A stretch of DNA of 64,000 nucleotides. Origin: Octopus bimaculoides (lineage: Eukaryota). Within the stretch, counting starts at the first letter, position 1. Each line of letters starts with the position of its first letter. This document shows positions 13,843 through 28,466 of this stretch, in pieces. The position numbers were made by a program, and so were the translations under genes. The DNA is taken from contig NC_068998.1 in the NCBI RefSeq assembly GCF_001194135.2, forward strand, positions 750,528 through 814,527, given 5' to 3'. The notes under the pieces were generated by a model. It searched no databases, was not told the origin of the DNA, and saw only the letters and a list, made by a program, of their open reading frames with translations.

Positions 13843-13914
13843 TATATACATTTATGTATGTATATCTAATCATATATACCTATGTGCGTATATATATATG
13901 TATGTATATGTATA

Positions 13915-13950
<36 letters not shown>

Positions 13951-14333
13951 TGTATGTATGTATGTATGCATGTGACTTTGTACATGTGATTGAGAATGCT
14001 TTTGAGTGTGTTTATGTCTACAACAATGTGTTAGTGTGTATGTGCTTGTTTGGGTATGTGTGAGCAGATATTATGCATGGATAAGTGTGTACGTGTGTTT
14101 GTGTGAGTGTTCATGTGTCTATGCATGAGCGCGCGCGCATGTGTGTGTGTGTATGTGTGTGTGTGAAATGTAAGCAACAGCCTGTGTAATGATAATATCA
14201 CTTTGTATGGGCAACTAGTTGAGAGAAGAAGTCGTCTGCTTCACATCTTTGCACCTTCAGACGTAGAAGAGCGTACACCAGCTCCTAATATGTTCATCAC
14301 CTTTAGCTTCTCTCTCAACAGAATGAAGTGGAT

Positions 14334-14368
<35 letters not shown>

Positions 14369-14590
14369 TACATACAGAGGAGCGCATACATACATACTCG
14401 CGCGTGATCACACGCAGACAGAAACACTCACATACACACACGCACACATATGCATGTACGTGTGTGTAAACAGATATATAGATATGCAATATAATGTTAT
14501 GCTGTAGAATATAAGAGAAATAACCAGACTTTCCCCATGGATAAAGTTAACGTAAATTAAACAGTTTTATGAATGGGATTTTAGTAAAGA

Positions 14591-14643
<53 letters not shown>

Positions 14644-15325
14644 GTGGAGAGCCGAAGTGTTAAAAAGAAAGAAATAGAGGAACAGGGAAAAAGAGGTGGA
14701 TTCCTGAAATTAAAACACATATTAAAAGAAAGGAAGAAAGAAAAAATATTTAGGAAATGGAAAAGAAAACAAAGATTTGCTGATTATTAATTAATGATAA
14801 AACAGAAAATGATGTCTGTCTATCTAGTTATATATCTATCTATATGCATAAANNNNNNNNNNNNNNNNNNNNNNNNNNNNNNNNNNNNNNNNNNNNNNNN
14901 NNNNNNNNNNNNNNNNNNNNNNNNNNNNNNNNNNNNNNNNNNNNNNNNNNNNNNNNNNNNNNNNNNNNNNNNNNNNNNNNNNNNNNNNNNNNNNNNNNNN
15001 NNNNNNNNNNNNNNNNNNNNNNNNNNNNNNNNNNNNNNNNNNNNNNNNNNNNNNNNNNNNNNNNNNNNNNNNNNNNNNNNNNNNNNNNNNNNNNNNNNNN
15101 NNNNNNNNNNNNNNNNNNNNNNNNNNNNNNNNNNNNNNNNNNNNNNNNNNNNNNNNNNNNNNNNNNNNNNNNNNNNNNNNNNNNNNNNNNNNNNNNNNNN
15201 NNNNNNNNNNNNNNNNNNNNNNNNNNNNNNNNNNNNNNNNNNNNNNNNNNNNNNNNNNNNNNNNNNNNNNNNNNNNNNNNNNNNNNNNNNNNNNNNNNNN
15301 NNNNNNNNNNNNNNNNATATACATG

Positions 15326-15372
<47 letters not shown>

Positions 15373-15464
15373 TCTTTTATTCTTCTACTTGTTTCAGTCA
15401 TTAGACTACGGCCATTTCAAATATGCTCTTCCCAACTACGCACGCACACACACACACACACACA

Positions 15465-15740
15465 CACATGGCCTAGTGGTTAGGGTCTTGCATTCATGAT
15501 CATGAGATCGTGGTTTCAATTCCCAGTCCTAGCATTGTGTTGTGTTCTTTCAGCAAAACATGTCACCTCACATTGCTCTGCCCTCATTCCGACACCTGAC
15601 GGTGGCACACTCGTCGATTGGATGCAGCAAGTGAGCTAATGTAGAGCACAGACACTGTGATCCTTAAGTTCAAATCAAATCTCTGTGTGACCCCAGTCGT
15701 TCAGCAACAAGAAGTTCTTGATCAGTTGATGAACCCTCAT
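15465..15740 (+). mobile_element. tRNA-headed SINE
   Basis: A-box TGGCCTAGTGG and B-box-like GGTTTCAATTCCC at tRNA-like spacing. Confidence 0.55.
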
Positions 15741-16370
15741 CCGTTTCAGACGGGACGGATGTCCGCAATACACATATGCATATATACCCACATACGCTCG
15801 CTCTCTCTCTCTCTCTCTCTCTTTCTTTCTTCTTCCTTTTCTCTCTTTCTCTCACCTTTTCTTTCCTCCTCTCCCCTTCCCCTCTCTCTTTCCCTACTAT
15901 TACATCCAGCATTTCTATTGTTAAAATAAGTTTGCATAAGTTATTCCATACCTAAGTAGATCCCGTCGTTTTTTACCGGTACTGCAGTTGTAAACTTAAT
16001 ATAAACAATCATATCACGGAAAATAATTTTAACCAATTAAAAACATTCAAAATCAGTCAACTTTCTTTTTGTTTTATTTCTAATGAGTCCATTACAAAGT
16101 TTTTCATGGTCTCATCGCACTTCTATGTGATAATTCAACTGTACCTAACAAGATTCTACAGTAGAAATATGTAGTGGAACTGCAAGGGTGCACTTTGTGT
16201 ATATGTGCGATGGAACCTTTCTAGAGTTCCTAATAGACTGTACTGGAACGAAAAGATGAGATAATTATCTGTAGATTGCTAATTAGATAAAATGAATTTT
16301 CTGCAATGGAAATAGGTTTGCTGCAATACACTGACTCGGATTATTGCACAATAATACAGGCACAACTCTG

Positions 16371-16426
<56 letters not shown>

Positions 16427-17522
16427 CACACGCACATGCAAGCACGTATAAGGTGTGTGTGTGTGTATGTGTGTCTATGAAATATCATAAACGATACATT
16501 CACACATACGCACACACACATTCACAAACATGTATATGTGTGTGTATATATATCTTTATATATATATGCATATATGTGCACATATATATATATACCTATA
16601 TNNNNNNNNNNNNNNNNNNNNNNNNNNNNNNNNNNNNNNNNNNNNNNNNNNNNNNNNNNNNNNNNNNNNNNNNNNNNNNNNNNNNNNNNNNNNNNNNNNN
16701 NNNNNNNNNNNNNNNNNNNNNNNNNNNNNNNNNNNNNNNNNNNNNNNNNNNNNNNNNNNNNNNNNNNNNNNNNNNNNNNNNNNNNNNNNNNNNNNNNNNN
16801 NNNNNNNNNNNNNNNNNNNNNNNNNNNNNNNNNNNNNNNNNNNNNNNNNNNNNNNNNNNNNNNNNNNNNNNNNNNNNNNNNNNNNNNNNNNNNNNNNNNN
16901 NNNNNNNNNNNNNNNNNNNNNNNNNNNNNNNNNNNNNNNNNNNNNNNNNNNNNNNNNNNNNNNNNNNNNNNNNNNNNNNNNNNNNNNNNNNNNNNNNNNN
17001 NNNNNNNNNNNNNNNNNNNNNNNNNNNNNNNNNNNNNNNNNNNATATATATATAATTTGTAAGTAGGTATGTATAAATACATACACAAATATAAATTTAT
17101 ATACACACATGTGTAAATGTGTGCGCGCGTGCGCCTGTTTATAGACATTTACGTATACACTCATGTGTAGAATGTATAGCTGTGTAATTGGGTATACCTG
17201 TACTTATTTGTAATACTTATTTGTACGTATGAATGTACATGCATGCATGTATGCCTATATGTACGTATGTATGCATGTGTGTGTATGTGCGTGTATATAT
17301 ACATATATATATAAATATATACATATATGTATAAGTATATACATATATATAAGTATAAACATATATATATATATATATATATATATACAAGTAGATCTAG
17401 ATAGATACATATAGATAGGTATACATAATTTTTCGTGTAGGGAACACAAAAACATGTCACTTTATAAGTATTTACTTTTATTTATTCATAAATGCTTGAA
17501 TACATTAAAATCAATATACACA

Positions 17523-17636
<114 letters not shown>

Positions 17637-17662
17637 TGTGAGAGAAAGAGAGAAAGTATATA

Positions 17663-17700
<38 letters not shown>

Positions 17701-18112
17701 CGTGTTCGCTTTTCTCTACCCGAGGAAGGTAAAAAAAAATAATTGCTGCGAAGTATCTTCATCATCTAGAATTTTATTTTTACCTCTAATTATAGATATA
17801 GAATATCAGATTGCATGTTGCGCACCAAGTAGCTGGTCAAATCGTCACATCCGGTAAGACGCGTTCAACCTTATTAGAACAATTAATTAGGGGGTGTACA
17901 GGAGTCCCCATCTTCATCTTCTAACTACTAGTTTCCAACTTTATCCAGTATTTACTCATATTAAAACTTTGTATTCAACTCTTGGAGAAAGTTGAACATT
18001 TTGAAGCTGTCAATATATATTTCTATATTTATATTTGTTTTAAGTTTATTTCTCTTCAATTTCAGTTAATTAGTTTTGAAAAATCTCGAATTTTTACAAA
18101 ACTTCAGATTAC

Positions 18113-18119
18113 TATAAAA
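18113..18119 (+). promoter_or_regulatory. Candidate TATA box of ELC-A
   Basis: TATAAAA ~30 nt upstream of an Inr-like TCAACT and ~150 nt upstream of caaaATG|GTAAGT. Exact MEF2-type site CTAATTATAG at 17786-17795. Confidence 0.4.
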
Positions 18120-18264
18120 AGCCTTACCCCCCTGAGGTGAAATATCAACTGCTCCCAATAAAATAAGACTACCTAGGTAATAGCAAAAACGGTATATCTA
18201 GCATTCCCACTTTAGCGAGGTACAGACTTACCACGACTGGCAGCACTTAGTAAGCATAAACAAA

Positions 18265-18267
18265 ATG
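18265..18267 (+). CDS. Candidate ATG-only first coding exon of ELC-A
   Basis: caaaATG (invertebrate Kozak-like) followed directly by a perfect GTAAGT donor. Calmodulin-superfamily genes commonly end exon 1 at the ATG. Linkage to ELC-A is inferred. Confidence 0.5.
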
Positions 18268-18440
18268 GTAAGTTATCTTTTCGTTGGCAGTAAATCTTCT
18301 CCAATGTAAACTTTTTGTAAATAGTAGCAGACATTCCTTTGTATGTGCTTTGTAAATTCCAATTTATAAATACCAAACCAATTTCATTTGAATTTTACCT
18401 AAAAACAAAACTAACATTTGCTAGTTTTATATATATATAC

Positions 18441-18493
<53 letters not shown>

Positions 18494-20205
18494 NNNNNNN
18501 NNNNNNNNNNNNNNNNNNNNNNNNNNNNNNNNNNNNNNNNNNNNNNNNNNNNNNNNNNNNNNNNNNNNNNNNNNNNNNNNNNNNNNNNNNNNNNNNNNNN
18601 NNNNNNNNNNNNNNNNNNNNNNNNNNNNNNNNNNNNNNNNNNNNNNNNNNNNNNNNNNNNNNNNNNNNNNNNNNNNNNNNNNNNNNNNNNNNNNNNNNNN
18701 NNNNNNNNNNNNNNNNNNNNNNNNNNNNNNNNNNNNNNNNNNNNNNNNNNNNNNNNNNNNNNNNNNNNNNNNNNNNNNNNNNNNNNNNNNNNNNNNNNNN
18801 NNNNNNNNNNNNNNNNNNNNNNNNNNNNNNNNNNNNNNNNNNNNNNNNNNNNNNNNNNNNNNNNNNNNNNNNNNNNNNNNNNNNNNNNNNNNNNNNNNNN
18901 NNNNNNNNNGGTGAGGTGAAAGTGTAAGAGGACCGTTTACATTCCTTGGAATTACCTGACAGAGAAAAAGAAAGAGAAAATATAATCTACTGAGTAAACA
19001 GCTGATCCCTATATCTCTCTCCGTCTCTCTCTCTCTCTCTCTCTTTCTCTTTCTCTCTCTCTTTCTCTCTCTCTCTTACTCCCTTTTCACATCCCCTTTA
19101 CATAACTCTGCTCCTTACCTCTGGCTACCCTTTCCTGAGGCCTCTCAAACTACTCCCAATGATGTACTCTCTCCTGTACTCTTTTTAGTAATTCTATCCT
19201 CTAATTGCATTTAAAGTAAAATAAATCTGCCATAAATTCATATGACGTTGGTTAGATTCGAACCGTAATCACCAATCGAAAATAGGATTTAAAAGAAAAG
19301 AATTATCTTTAAGAAAGAAAAAAAAAAGCATTTAAATATCAATGGAGAAAAATTGATGTTAAAGACAAATAGATTTAGATTTACAGTGAGAAGATTATGT
19401 GACGTTCATGCATTTCTTAGTAGACTCGAAACTAGATCCCGGTTATCATTTTGCTTAATTTCATTGTATTGGAAGGGCATTAGTATAGCTGGTATTGATA
19501 ATAATAACGACAACAGTAATAATTATAATGATTTTAATGCTTCGTATAAAGTACAACGTCTAAATTACATACAGATGAAAGAGAGAAAAAGAAGTTGTGG
19601 CGTTTATCACTTTTATGGTAGCCTTTATTACACGTTAAGTGAACAAATTTGGTTTCATTAGTTTCTCTCATCCAGGAATCGAAACCGAGTCACACATTTG
19701 ACTATTGGAGAACTTACCGCTTCCTTTACCTATTCAAACAACTTGAATCGTTATTCCAGCCAAAGGAGGAAGTCTGTTAGAAAGAACAGCTAAATCCTCT
19801 CAAATTACGCCTTATAATTATTAAAACCATGAAGGACACCTTCAACAGTGAGGTCCGAGATATACAAAAGACTGGATGATTACGGTTGGAAGGTCTGTCA
19901 TCGTCAGCATGTTCGATTAGGCTTGACATGGGACTAACAACGAATACCATAATATCTTGGAGTATTGGTTCTGTAAAATATTCCGACGCCCTCTGTAAAG
20001 AAGAAACGTTCAAGGACGAATATAAACCTGAGACCAATATTACTTTACCAAAGTTATTTAGGAACTAAAAACCACGATTCTTACATATTTTATTGCAACT
20101 TTATTATCAATTAGCTGTAAGAATCTTTGAAATGTTATTATTATCAATATTCTTTCGATTCAAGGAATATATGTTAAAATAAGCTGTCAAAAAAAAAAAA
20201 AAGAT

Positions 20206-20241
<36 letters not shown>

Positions 20242-20715
20242 AAATTGATACTGTAAGAGTTTCAAAGGAGCTAACTTTGCTCCAAGGCACACATATATGC
20301 TCACCCACCACACACACACATACATACACACGCACTATACAAAGGAGGCGGAGCTACCAAAGAAATCGTCAGACCACCTTGCGGTATCTGAGTTCATATC
20401 CCATCGCTGTTGAATTCCTCTTTTATAACTTGTGGGTCGATAGAATCCCTACCAGACTCATACTAAAAATCATTTAGAATAAGTACCTTATTTAGTTTGT
20501 GGTTTGGTGCCAATGGAATCAATGTATATACCTATTCTACATAATGGCTAAATTCTACTCAATTCTGCCAAATTGGTTCCAGAAATTAAATTTCAACAAT
20601 TTCCTTCTGCCTCATCAACGCCATATTTTCTGATTATTTTTCCGGCATCTGTTTGCCAAATTATTTTCAACACACCTCTCAGGATGAACACATCAATTAA
20701 ATTGCAAAAAATTAA

Positions 20716-20775
<60 letters not shown>

Positions 20776-20880
20776 TAATAACAACAACAATAACGATAAC
20801 GATAATAATTTCTAATGTACAAAGAAACAAAATGGAGAGAAAGGAATTATCAATTAAACAGACGTCAGAAATTGATGCGC

Positions 20881-20918
<38 letters not shown>

Positions 20919-22229
20919 AAACATATTTTTATTACTATTCCATCTGACGATTGCTTCTCTGGCAAGAAAGTTGAAGTAATGGAAAAGTAGTCAACTTTAA
21001 CAAAAATGAAATTAATAATAATGTGTTACGGCACACCCCGGATTTTGATAGATAGATAGATAGATAGATTGGGTGGGTGTTGTGTGGAATGAGATATTAA
21101 GAATCAGTGAGTAGTAATAGAAAAGATTCTAGAAATTTCTCCCCACCCTCTCCACCGCAGCAGTTCTCCTCTCATCCTCTTTCCCCAAAACACACAACAT
21201 CTGCTAGTTTTTGATTACCTGCAGATATATTAGAGGCTGGAAAAACGATGCGTAAATTTCCTTCCATCTTGCTTACCCACCACCACCACCACCACCACCT
21301 TCATATCTCATTTCTTACCATTTTCGGGGATCAAAAACACCTTTTTTTTTTTACTTACTATCAACTCTTAGAAAATGATGTTGTTGTTCATGTTACTTAA
21401 GCTATTTCTTCTAGTTTTCGTCTTCTTCTTTTCCCTGTCTTCTTTTGATGTCTTTCTTTTTCTCCTCCTCCTCCTCCTCCTCTGCCCTCCTCCTTTCTGG
21501 CACTGATTCTTTCAGACTTTATATGAGGGATCTGTGACACGCATACACCTTATTCTCAATGATACTAGCGGCATAAATGCAATAAAAGGGTTTCAACAGA
21601 GAATCGAACGAACTGGGGTCTCGCGTATTGGTTTTCTCGAAACTTCCTCTTCTATTCTAAGATGTTACAGATTTGAAACAATGCCGAATATTTTTGTTAA
21701 GGAAACCAAAGTTAGATCGCAGAAAAAAAATTTTCAAGAATATCAGCTATTGTTGTTAATTTTCTAATTCCCTATCGATTACTATCCTTGTCCAATATCT
21801 GCTGGATTAAGATATGAGAGATAATTCCTAGTCCACCACCACCACTTCATGTATTCAGCTTGAATTGATGTTTGATTTTCAAAAAAAAAAAAAAGAAATC
21901 CAATTCGAATATAGATCGAGTCCTCGACGCCATTACAATCGGAGTCTTAATAACTGCTCATCGCCAGACACTTGATGTCTGCCTGTGTGTATGTCTCTCT
22001 CTCTCCTACATACCACAAAGCAAACTTTTAAACAAGCATACACATCTAAATTGGTAACCATCTTCAGATGTAAGCATCTAAAGATCCTACTTAATCCATA
22101 TTGTTAGATAAATCAAGTGAGGTTGATGATCAGTTCAGAAAAATCGAAGGCAGGACTTAATTAAACCACCAAGCCTTTATAAAAACCTCTCTCTCTCTCT
22201 CTCTTTTTCTTCTCCCTTCTCTCTCAGCT

Positions 22230-22265
<36 letters not shown>

Positions 22266-22865
22266 TCTCTCTCTTTCTCTTCTCCCCTCTCACCTCTCTC
22301 TTTTTCTTCTCCCTCCCTTCCTCCCTCCCCTCTCTCTCTCTCTCAAGCACACACACACACCCACACACACACACACTGCCTAGTATCATCTGTCCCGGGT
22401 TATGTGTCACTCCTTCAGGATATCTCCAGTCCGACAAAGGAACAATCAATGTTGAACAAACGATGAATACTTTGCAATCAACGTTGTTCTATATTTTGTA
22501 TTTTAAAGAGAATTGTTCTCGGAAAACATTTATTAAACAGAGAAAAATATATTTCTTGGTTCAGCAAATATTTGTGTTGCAACTTTAATATTTCTAAAAA
22601 TAGACTGGACAAAATAATTCCAGAAGATTTAAGGAATTGGACCTACCCAGCACTTTGTACTTGTAGGGGAGAAAAAACGTTACACATTGCTATCGATGTT
22701 TCTTACAGCCCCAAGCTGTACAAATTGTGGTACCTGCTTACAGCTAGGTAGACTGACTCATCGAGCGTTAAATATCAAAGACGTCACAATAATGGCGATA
22801 AGATACGAGTTACCTATCTTTCGCTTCATAAAGTGACACTGTATCGACCCAATCGTCCATAGCTA

Positions 22866-22879
22866 GCGCCCCCTAGTGA
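22866..22879 (-). promoter_or_regulatory. CTCF-like motif
   Basis: Minus strand TCACTAGGGGGCGC versus the CTCF core CCAC(C/T)AG(G/A)(G/T)GGC(G/A)C: 13 of 14 positions match. Confidence 0.4.
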
Positions 22880-25800
22880 TCACTGCTAATCTATTACCTA
22901 TTAATTACTTGTCTTTATAAGATTACAATAAAACAAGCTCTTCAAAAGTTGGGGCTATAAATGGTTTTAGCTGAAGGACCACCGATACTGATGAAATCGT
23001 TCGTAGTCTGACGTGCTTCAACGGTTCTTCGATTAAACCATTTCCATTCCTTTTATTAGCGGATAACCTTTAGAACTGCAAACTTATAATTTCTGTCTGT
23101 GTGTCTCTCCCCTTCTCTCTCTCTCTCAATCTCAAGATCTTGTACCTATGTAAGAAAATGTGATGGAGGATACAATTCTGAATATCAACATCTGAATTGA
23201 ATACATTACAATATTTAGGTGGAAGTGGCCTTATGCCAAAATTTGACACCAATATTTAGTTGTGACGGTTAGATTACACCGGTGTCCATTTTAGTGTCCC
23301 ATAAAACTCCCTATCATTAAACCACAAGCATTGCTTTAACACCATTCATATATTAAACCAACCCCTCGAAGTGAAAGAGTCGTTAGATCGTGCGACAAAA
23401 TACCTTGTAGTATTTGTGTCCTGATCATTACGTTCTGTATTTTTGAGTGGTTGGTATAATCTGTCTCCCAATTTAACACCACCACCTGGTCCCTCAGTAC
23501 CTTTGGCAGTATCTCCTCTGTTGCCAGTATTCAGGTCAGATCTCTAGTTTAAGAATAAGTCTTCCATTCATCCAGCGAGTGACAGCAGCCCTGACGACAT
23601 AAAGGGCTAGGGGTGGAGCCCTTCCCCTTCCCATGACGAACTGGTAAAAACATTTTTTTAATATGGTGAAGCCAGAATAATTAAACATTGTGTATTAAAA
23701 TAAAATTGAAGCCAAAACGAGGAGGAATTCAATCGTTGGAATTTGTTGATCAATTAAGATGTTTTGGATTACAAGTTGTTCAGCTGACAGACTTGGAGAA
23801 TGGTAACTTTATCTGAGACATATTTGGTGGTGCTTTGAAGAGGGACGAGGATAGAATTACCGTTCACAACATTTACATACTTCTATGGTGATTCTTCTGG
23901 CTGCTTGCTTGCTTCTTGGTATCGGCAGCTGATGAGTTTTACCTGAACATAATATCTAACGAGTCAACTACTACTACTATTACTTTTACCACCACTACTA
24001 CTATTAACCTATTGAGTGTAACTCGATACTCGAGCTAGGCTTGAAGTTACTGCAGCTTATTCACTCGAAATTCTGTACACCCCGACCAAACCTTTCTTTC
24101 TTTCTTTCTTTCTTTCTTTCTATATTGCTCCAAAATCACTTTCATCATCATCATCATCATCATCATTATTGCCTATAATGAGTATCAGAAAATTAGATGC
24201 GAGCTCCCTCTCTTCGAGCTAATTAGACAGAATTAATTACTGCTTTCTGTTTTATATACGATGCAATTTAATTTCACTGATGTCAGAGATTTCTTTGGAA
24301 AGGCATAAACATCACAACGATGTAAGTCTCGTTTCTTTCTCCACAAATCTGGGATATGGATTTCTTTCTTGTTCGTATTTATTAAATTATTTGGTAGATT
24401 TAATTATGCTTTTACTGAGTTCATTGGACTGCGACCAGGCTGGAGTATTGCTCCTGAGAGTTTTTATTAATCTGTTCAATCACAATACAGTTACTTATTG
24501 TCCTGATTTTCGGTAAATCGAAATGGATAAGTAGTAGAGGAGATGTTAATGCTTGGAGGAAGATATACTTGCTAATTCTAATATTCACCAACGAAAGGAT
24601 GTAGAGAGAACCAAAGACTAAAACCCATTTCTCTGTTGTTAAGTGGAATAGAAAACAATCTTTCTTTTACACAAGACAGTAATCGATGAGACTGGGTTAT
24701 GGTGGACTTAGCACATAAGTGTGTTATTAATATTCGTGGAATGACAGGCAAACATACGAATCTGTGTTATATTTGTCAAATGTGAAATCTTTGAATGGAA
24801 ATACACCAGAGAAGCGATGGTAATATTAGCAGAGAAAGATGCTGTTTTAAGAATATTTGACCATCTTGTCTGAAATATAGACCGGGGCTGGGGTCTGAAG
24901 GTAACTTTCTCCTACCTCACCCAGACATGGAGGCCCTAAATATCGTCAAAGGAGTTGCTCCTGCCCCACATGACTTAAGCCATTGAAACCAAAAAACAAA
25001 TTGTGTTTAGTTAAATCAACGCACGAGTTATTGCATACTACATCCCAGGGATTAAGATCAGTTCAAGAATTAACGGTTATAATCAAATCAATTAATCATA
25101 CTCGTCTTCTATAGCCTTTAATATTGCACCGGGATCAATAATTATTGATTCCAAGGCTTTATCTGTTATTCATTTAATGTCAAAAGATGTCTTTCCAGAA
25201 CGTCTAGTGAACATTTGGTGGACATCTGGTGAAATAGCCAAGAAAACAAGTTATCGGGAGTAAAAACCCGTTCTATAACGTCTCTTGTTTCTGTTGATTA
25301 ATGTCTACATTAGAGAATGAGTGGAAGGAGAGGGAGAGACACTGTACTGAATCAGTAACGATCTCTAAGGTTGGTCGAGTGATACCAACCCTAACATTAA
25401 TCATAAATATTGGCGGGATGACATAATTATTGAAATAGTGTCCACCAAGGAGAATAGGTTTTTGTTCTATAAAAAAAAATGGAAACAGTTTATCAGTATG
25501 AACGGTGTAGAATTGATGGTAAGTGAAGTAGGTTCAACTGGTGGCCAAATTATTTCGTTTCGTTTTGAAGTTTCACTTTTCACTAAATTTCTATCAAAGC
25601 TGACACCTAGGGTTTATATCACCTGAAGTTAATGATATCCTAATTACTATTGCTGTTAATTAAAGATATATCAGGAAGCAAAGGTCAGCTTTCTTTCTCT
25701 CTTACATGTAACTTTGTTCCTGTGAACATTCTGTTGAATTATCCTATAAGACCATGATGTCATCTTGTGTTTTAAGCGCAAGTTGGGCTTGAAACGTTCA

Positions 25801-25887
25801 ACAGATGGAATGGCTGCCTGATATATTATCAGGCAAATATTTCCAACTTCAGAACTTCATTTACTGCTAGTGCAGTTGTGTGTGTGT

Positions 25888-25949
<62 letters not shown>

Positions 25950-26841
25950 NNNNNNNNNNNNNNNNNNNNNNNNNNNNNNNNNNNNNNNNNNNNNNNNNNN
26001 NNNNNNNNNNNNNNNNNNNNNNNNNNNNNNNNNNNNNNNNNNNNNNNNNNNNNNNNNNNNNNNNNNNNNNNNNNNNNNNNNNNNNNNNNNNNNNNNNNNN
26101 NNNNNNNNNNNNNNNNNNNNNNNNNNNNNNNNNNNNNNNNNNNNNNNNNNNNNNNNNNNNNNNNNNNNNNNNNNNNNNNNNNNNNNNNNNNNNNNNNNNN
26201 NNNNNNNNNNNNNNNNNNNNNNNNNNNNNNNNNNNNNNNNNNNNNNNNNNNNNNNNNNNNNNNNNNNNNNNNNNNNNNNNNNNNNNNNNNNNNNNNNNNN
26301 NNNNNNNNNNNNNNNNNNNNNNNNNNNNNNNNNNNNNNNNNNNNNNNNNNNNNNNNNNNNNNNNNNNNNNNNNNNNNNNNNNNNNNNNNNNNNNNNNNNN
26401 NNNNNNNNNNNNNNNNNNNNNNNNNNNNNNNNNNNNNNNNNNNNNNNNNNNNNNNNNNNNNNNNNNNNNNNNNNNNNNNNNNNNNNNNNNNNNNNNNNNN
26501 NTATATATATATATATATATATTATTACAAATTAAAAGGGTAAAGGATTATCAATTTATTAATTCATTAATAAATCAACAATTAATAATTTTTAATTTTT
26601 ACCAAGCCCATCGGTATGTAAGCACCATTATTGGTGGAAAACTTTTTTAAAAAGCTCATATATATTTATAAACATAATTAAGGGATCAGCAAATATTTGC
26701 TTCACCACATACCGAAGTTCAGAAATAGCAGCTAAAAAGCTGAGACTCCCACAGAATGTATATATACAGTGTATGCACGCGCGCATCCAAATTAATTACA
26801 TATTAGTACAATACATGCGTGTAAATGTGTAGGATAGATGA

Positions 26842-26878
<37 letters not shown>

Positions 26879-26952
26879 ACCTCGAGCAGCAAGCTGTATC
26901 AAATATGATTAGGCAACGTGTTGTTTGTGCCAAATAGGTAAGAATCTGTTCT

Positions 26953-27060
26953 CAGCTGAGCTCGTCCGACTTATTTATAGTCCAGCCATCCTCGCAGCTT
27001 CTCATCGCCATAAATGGCAGTCAGGATACACGGAGCTGGCTTCTATTTTATCAGCAACTG
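26953..27060. promoter_or_regulatory. Candidate muscle enhancer (E-box + MEF2 + CArG + E-box)
   Basis: CAGCTG 26953-58; TTATTTATAG (rc CTATAAATAA, MEF2 consensus) 26971-80; CCATAAATGG (perfect CArG) 27008-17; CAACTG 27055-60. Lies 2.5 kb upstream of the ELC-A EF-I exon. Confidence 0.5.
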
Positions 27061-27306
27061 GTGGAGCACTGCCACCCCGGCGCCCTTCTTGTCTGTCGAT
27101 GCTGCTACTACTACTACTTATAGGGGTGGGGGGCGTGTTGCTATCTCTCAACACCCATCCCCTTCCACCGTGTTTATCCATCCATTACTGCATCTATAAA
27201 AAATGTCGTGGATTCCTTACCACCTCGCCTTCTCTAGTTACCGTTTTTGGGGCAGGGGGGGGGGGATATTCTTTCTTGTTACCCTATCATCGTCATTATC
27301 ACCGCC

Positions 27307-27337
<31 letters not shown>

Positions 27338-27642
27338 TCATTATCATCATCATCGTTATTACCACCAGCGTTGTCGTCCTTAATATCATCATCATTGTCA
27401 TCAATAATAACTCCATTATATTACATCTATCTTTACTGCTTTAGTACATCTCCATAACTACGGTTTCTATTCACTCTTCTGTCTCCACACCCAGTGTGTG
27501 CGTGCGTGTGTGCGTATGTGCGTGTGTGTGTGTGCGTGCGTGTGTGTGTGTGAGAGAGAGAGAGAGATTACGTGTGTAATGTTTTATCCAGATTATAATC
27601 CAACAAATTATAAAATGAAATAAAATAATAATAATAATAATG

Positions 27643-27673
<31 letters not shown>

Positions 27674-28387
27674 AGTTCTTTAGTTGACTCAAAAGGTAGC
27701 AATGAGACATTAAAAAGAAGGAAAATAATCAGTAAAACATTTTACATATTGTGAGATTTAAAAAAAAAACTATAAATGTAACATAATCTGAATAAAACAA
27801 ACTGTGCAGCCTTTCGTAAAATTGCGTGGGTAAATTTAAGTCTAAACTGATGTGAATTGTACCTCGATGTTGGCTCAGTTTAAGGTAGCATGAAAACCCT
27901 TCTATTGAAGGGTCGAGCTGGTTGAGAAACTTCTTTTCATATCAAAAAATTTGCACTGTTTTACCATAAAAAGCTTTCGGTATATCCACAAAAGCACGCC
28001 AGAGCGGTCCTGCCAGCAGATTCATCAGAGGCTAAGTTTTCTCTCTCACCTCGGATCTATATTTCAGTGTCTTTTTCTTCAATAAAGAATCTCTTTCCGT
28101 CATATCTTTATCTGTCATCTGGGACACTTATCTTCGTCAAGCCCTGGACACTTACTGTCTTAAGTTCCGGGACTCATAGAACCGGTCACTCAGTTTCCAT
28201 GGCGTATAAGAAACCGAGACCACAACGTCTCCCTGAACTGGGCGCCAGTCCTTCGTAGGGGAACTCATTTACAGCTGATTTGGCGAAAGCAACTGAAATG
28301 GTTTTGCTCGCGAAAAAAAAAAGATGTCAAAACCACCCTGGATCACGAGACACGGAAGCAGAAATAATAAGGAAAAACATTGATTAT

Positions 28388-28466
28388 CGATCTCGTATCG
28401 ATCTCGTATTGATATCGATCCCGTATTGATCTCGTATTGATCTCGTATTGATGTCGATCCTGTATT
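28388..28466. repeat. ~11-bp minisatellite (gatctcgtatt)n
   Basis: About 6 imperfect tandem copies are directly visible. Confidence 0.85.

Noticed and set aside
19777-20037. Minus ORF with HADD resembling a LINE RT YADD motif
   Set aside because: Surrounding RT motifs are not recognisable; too weak to call.
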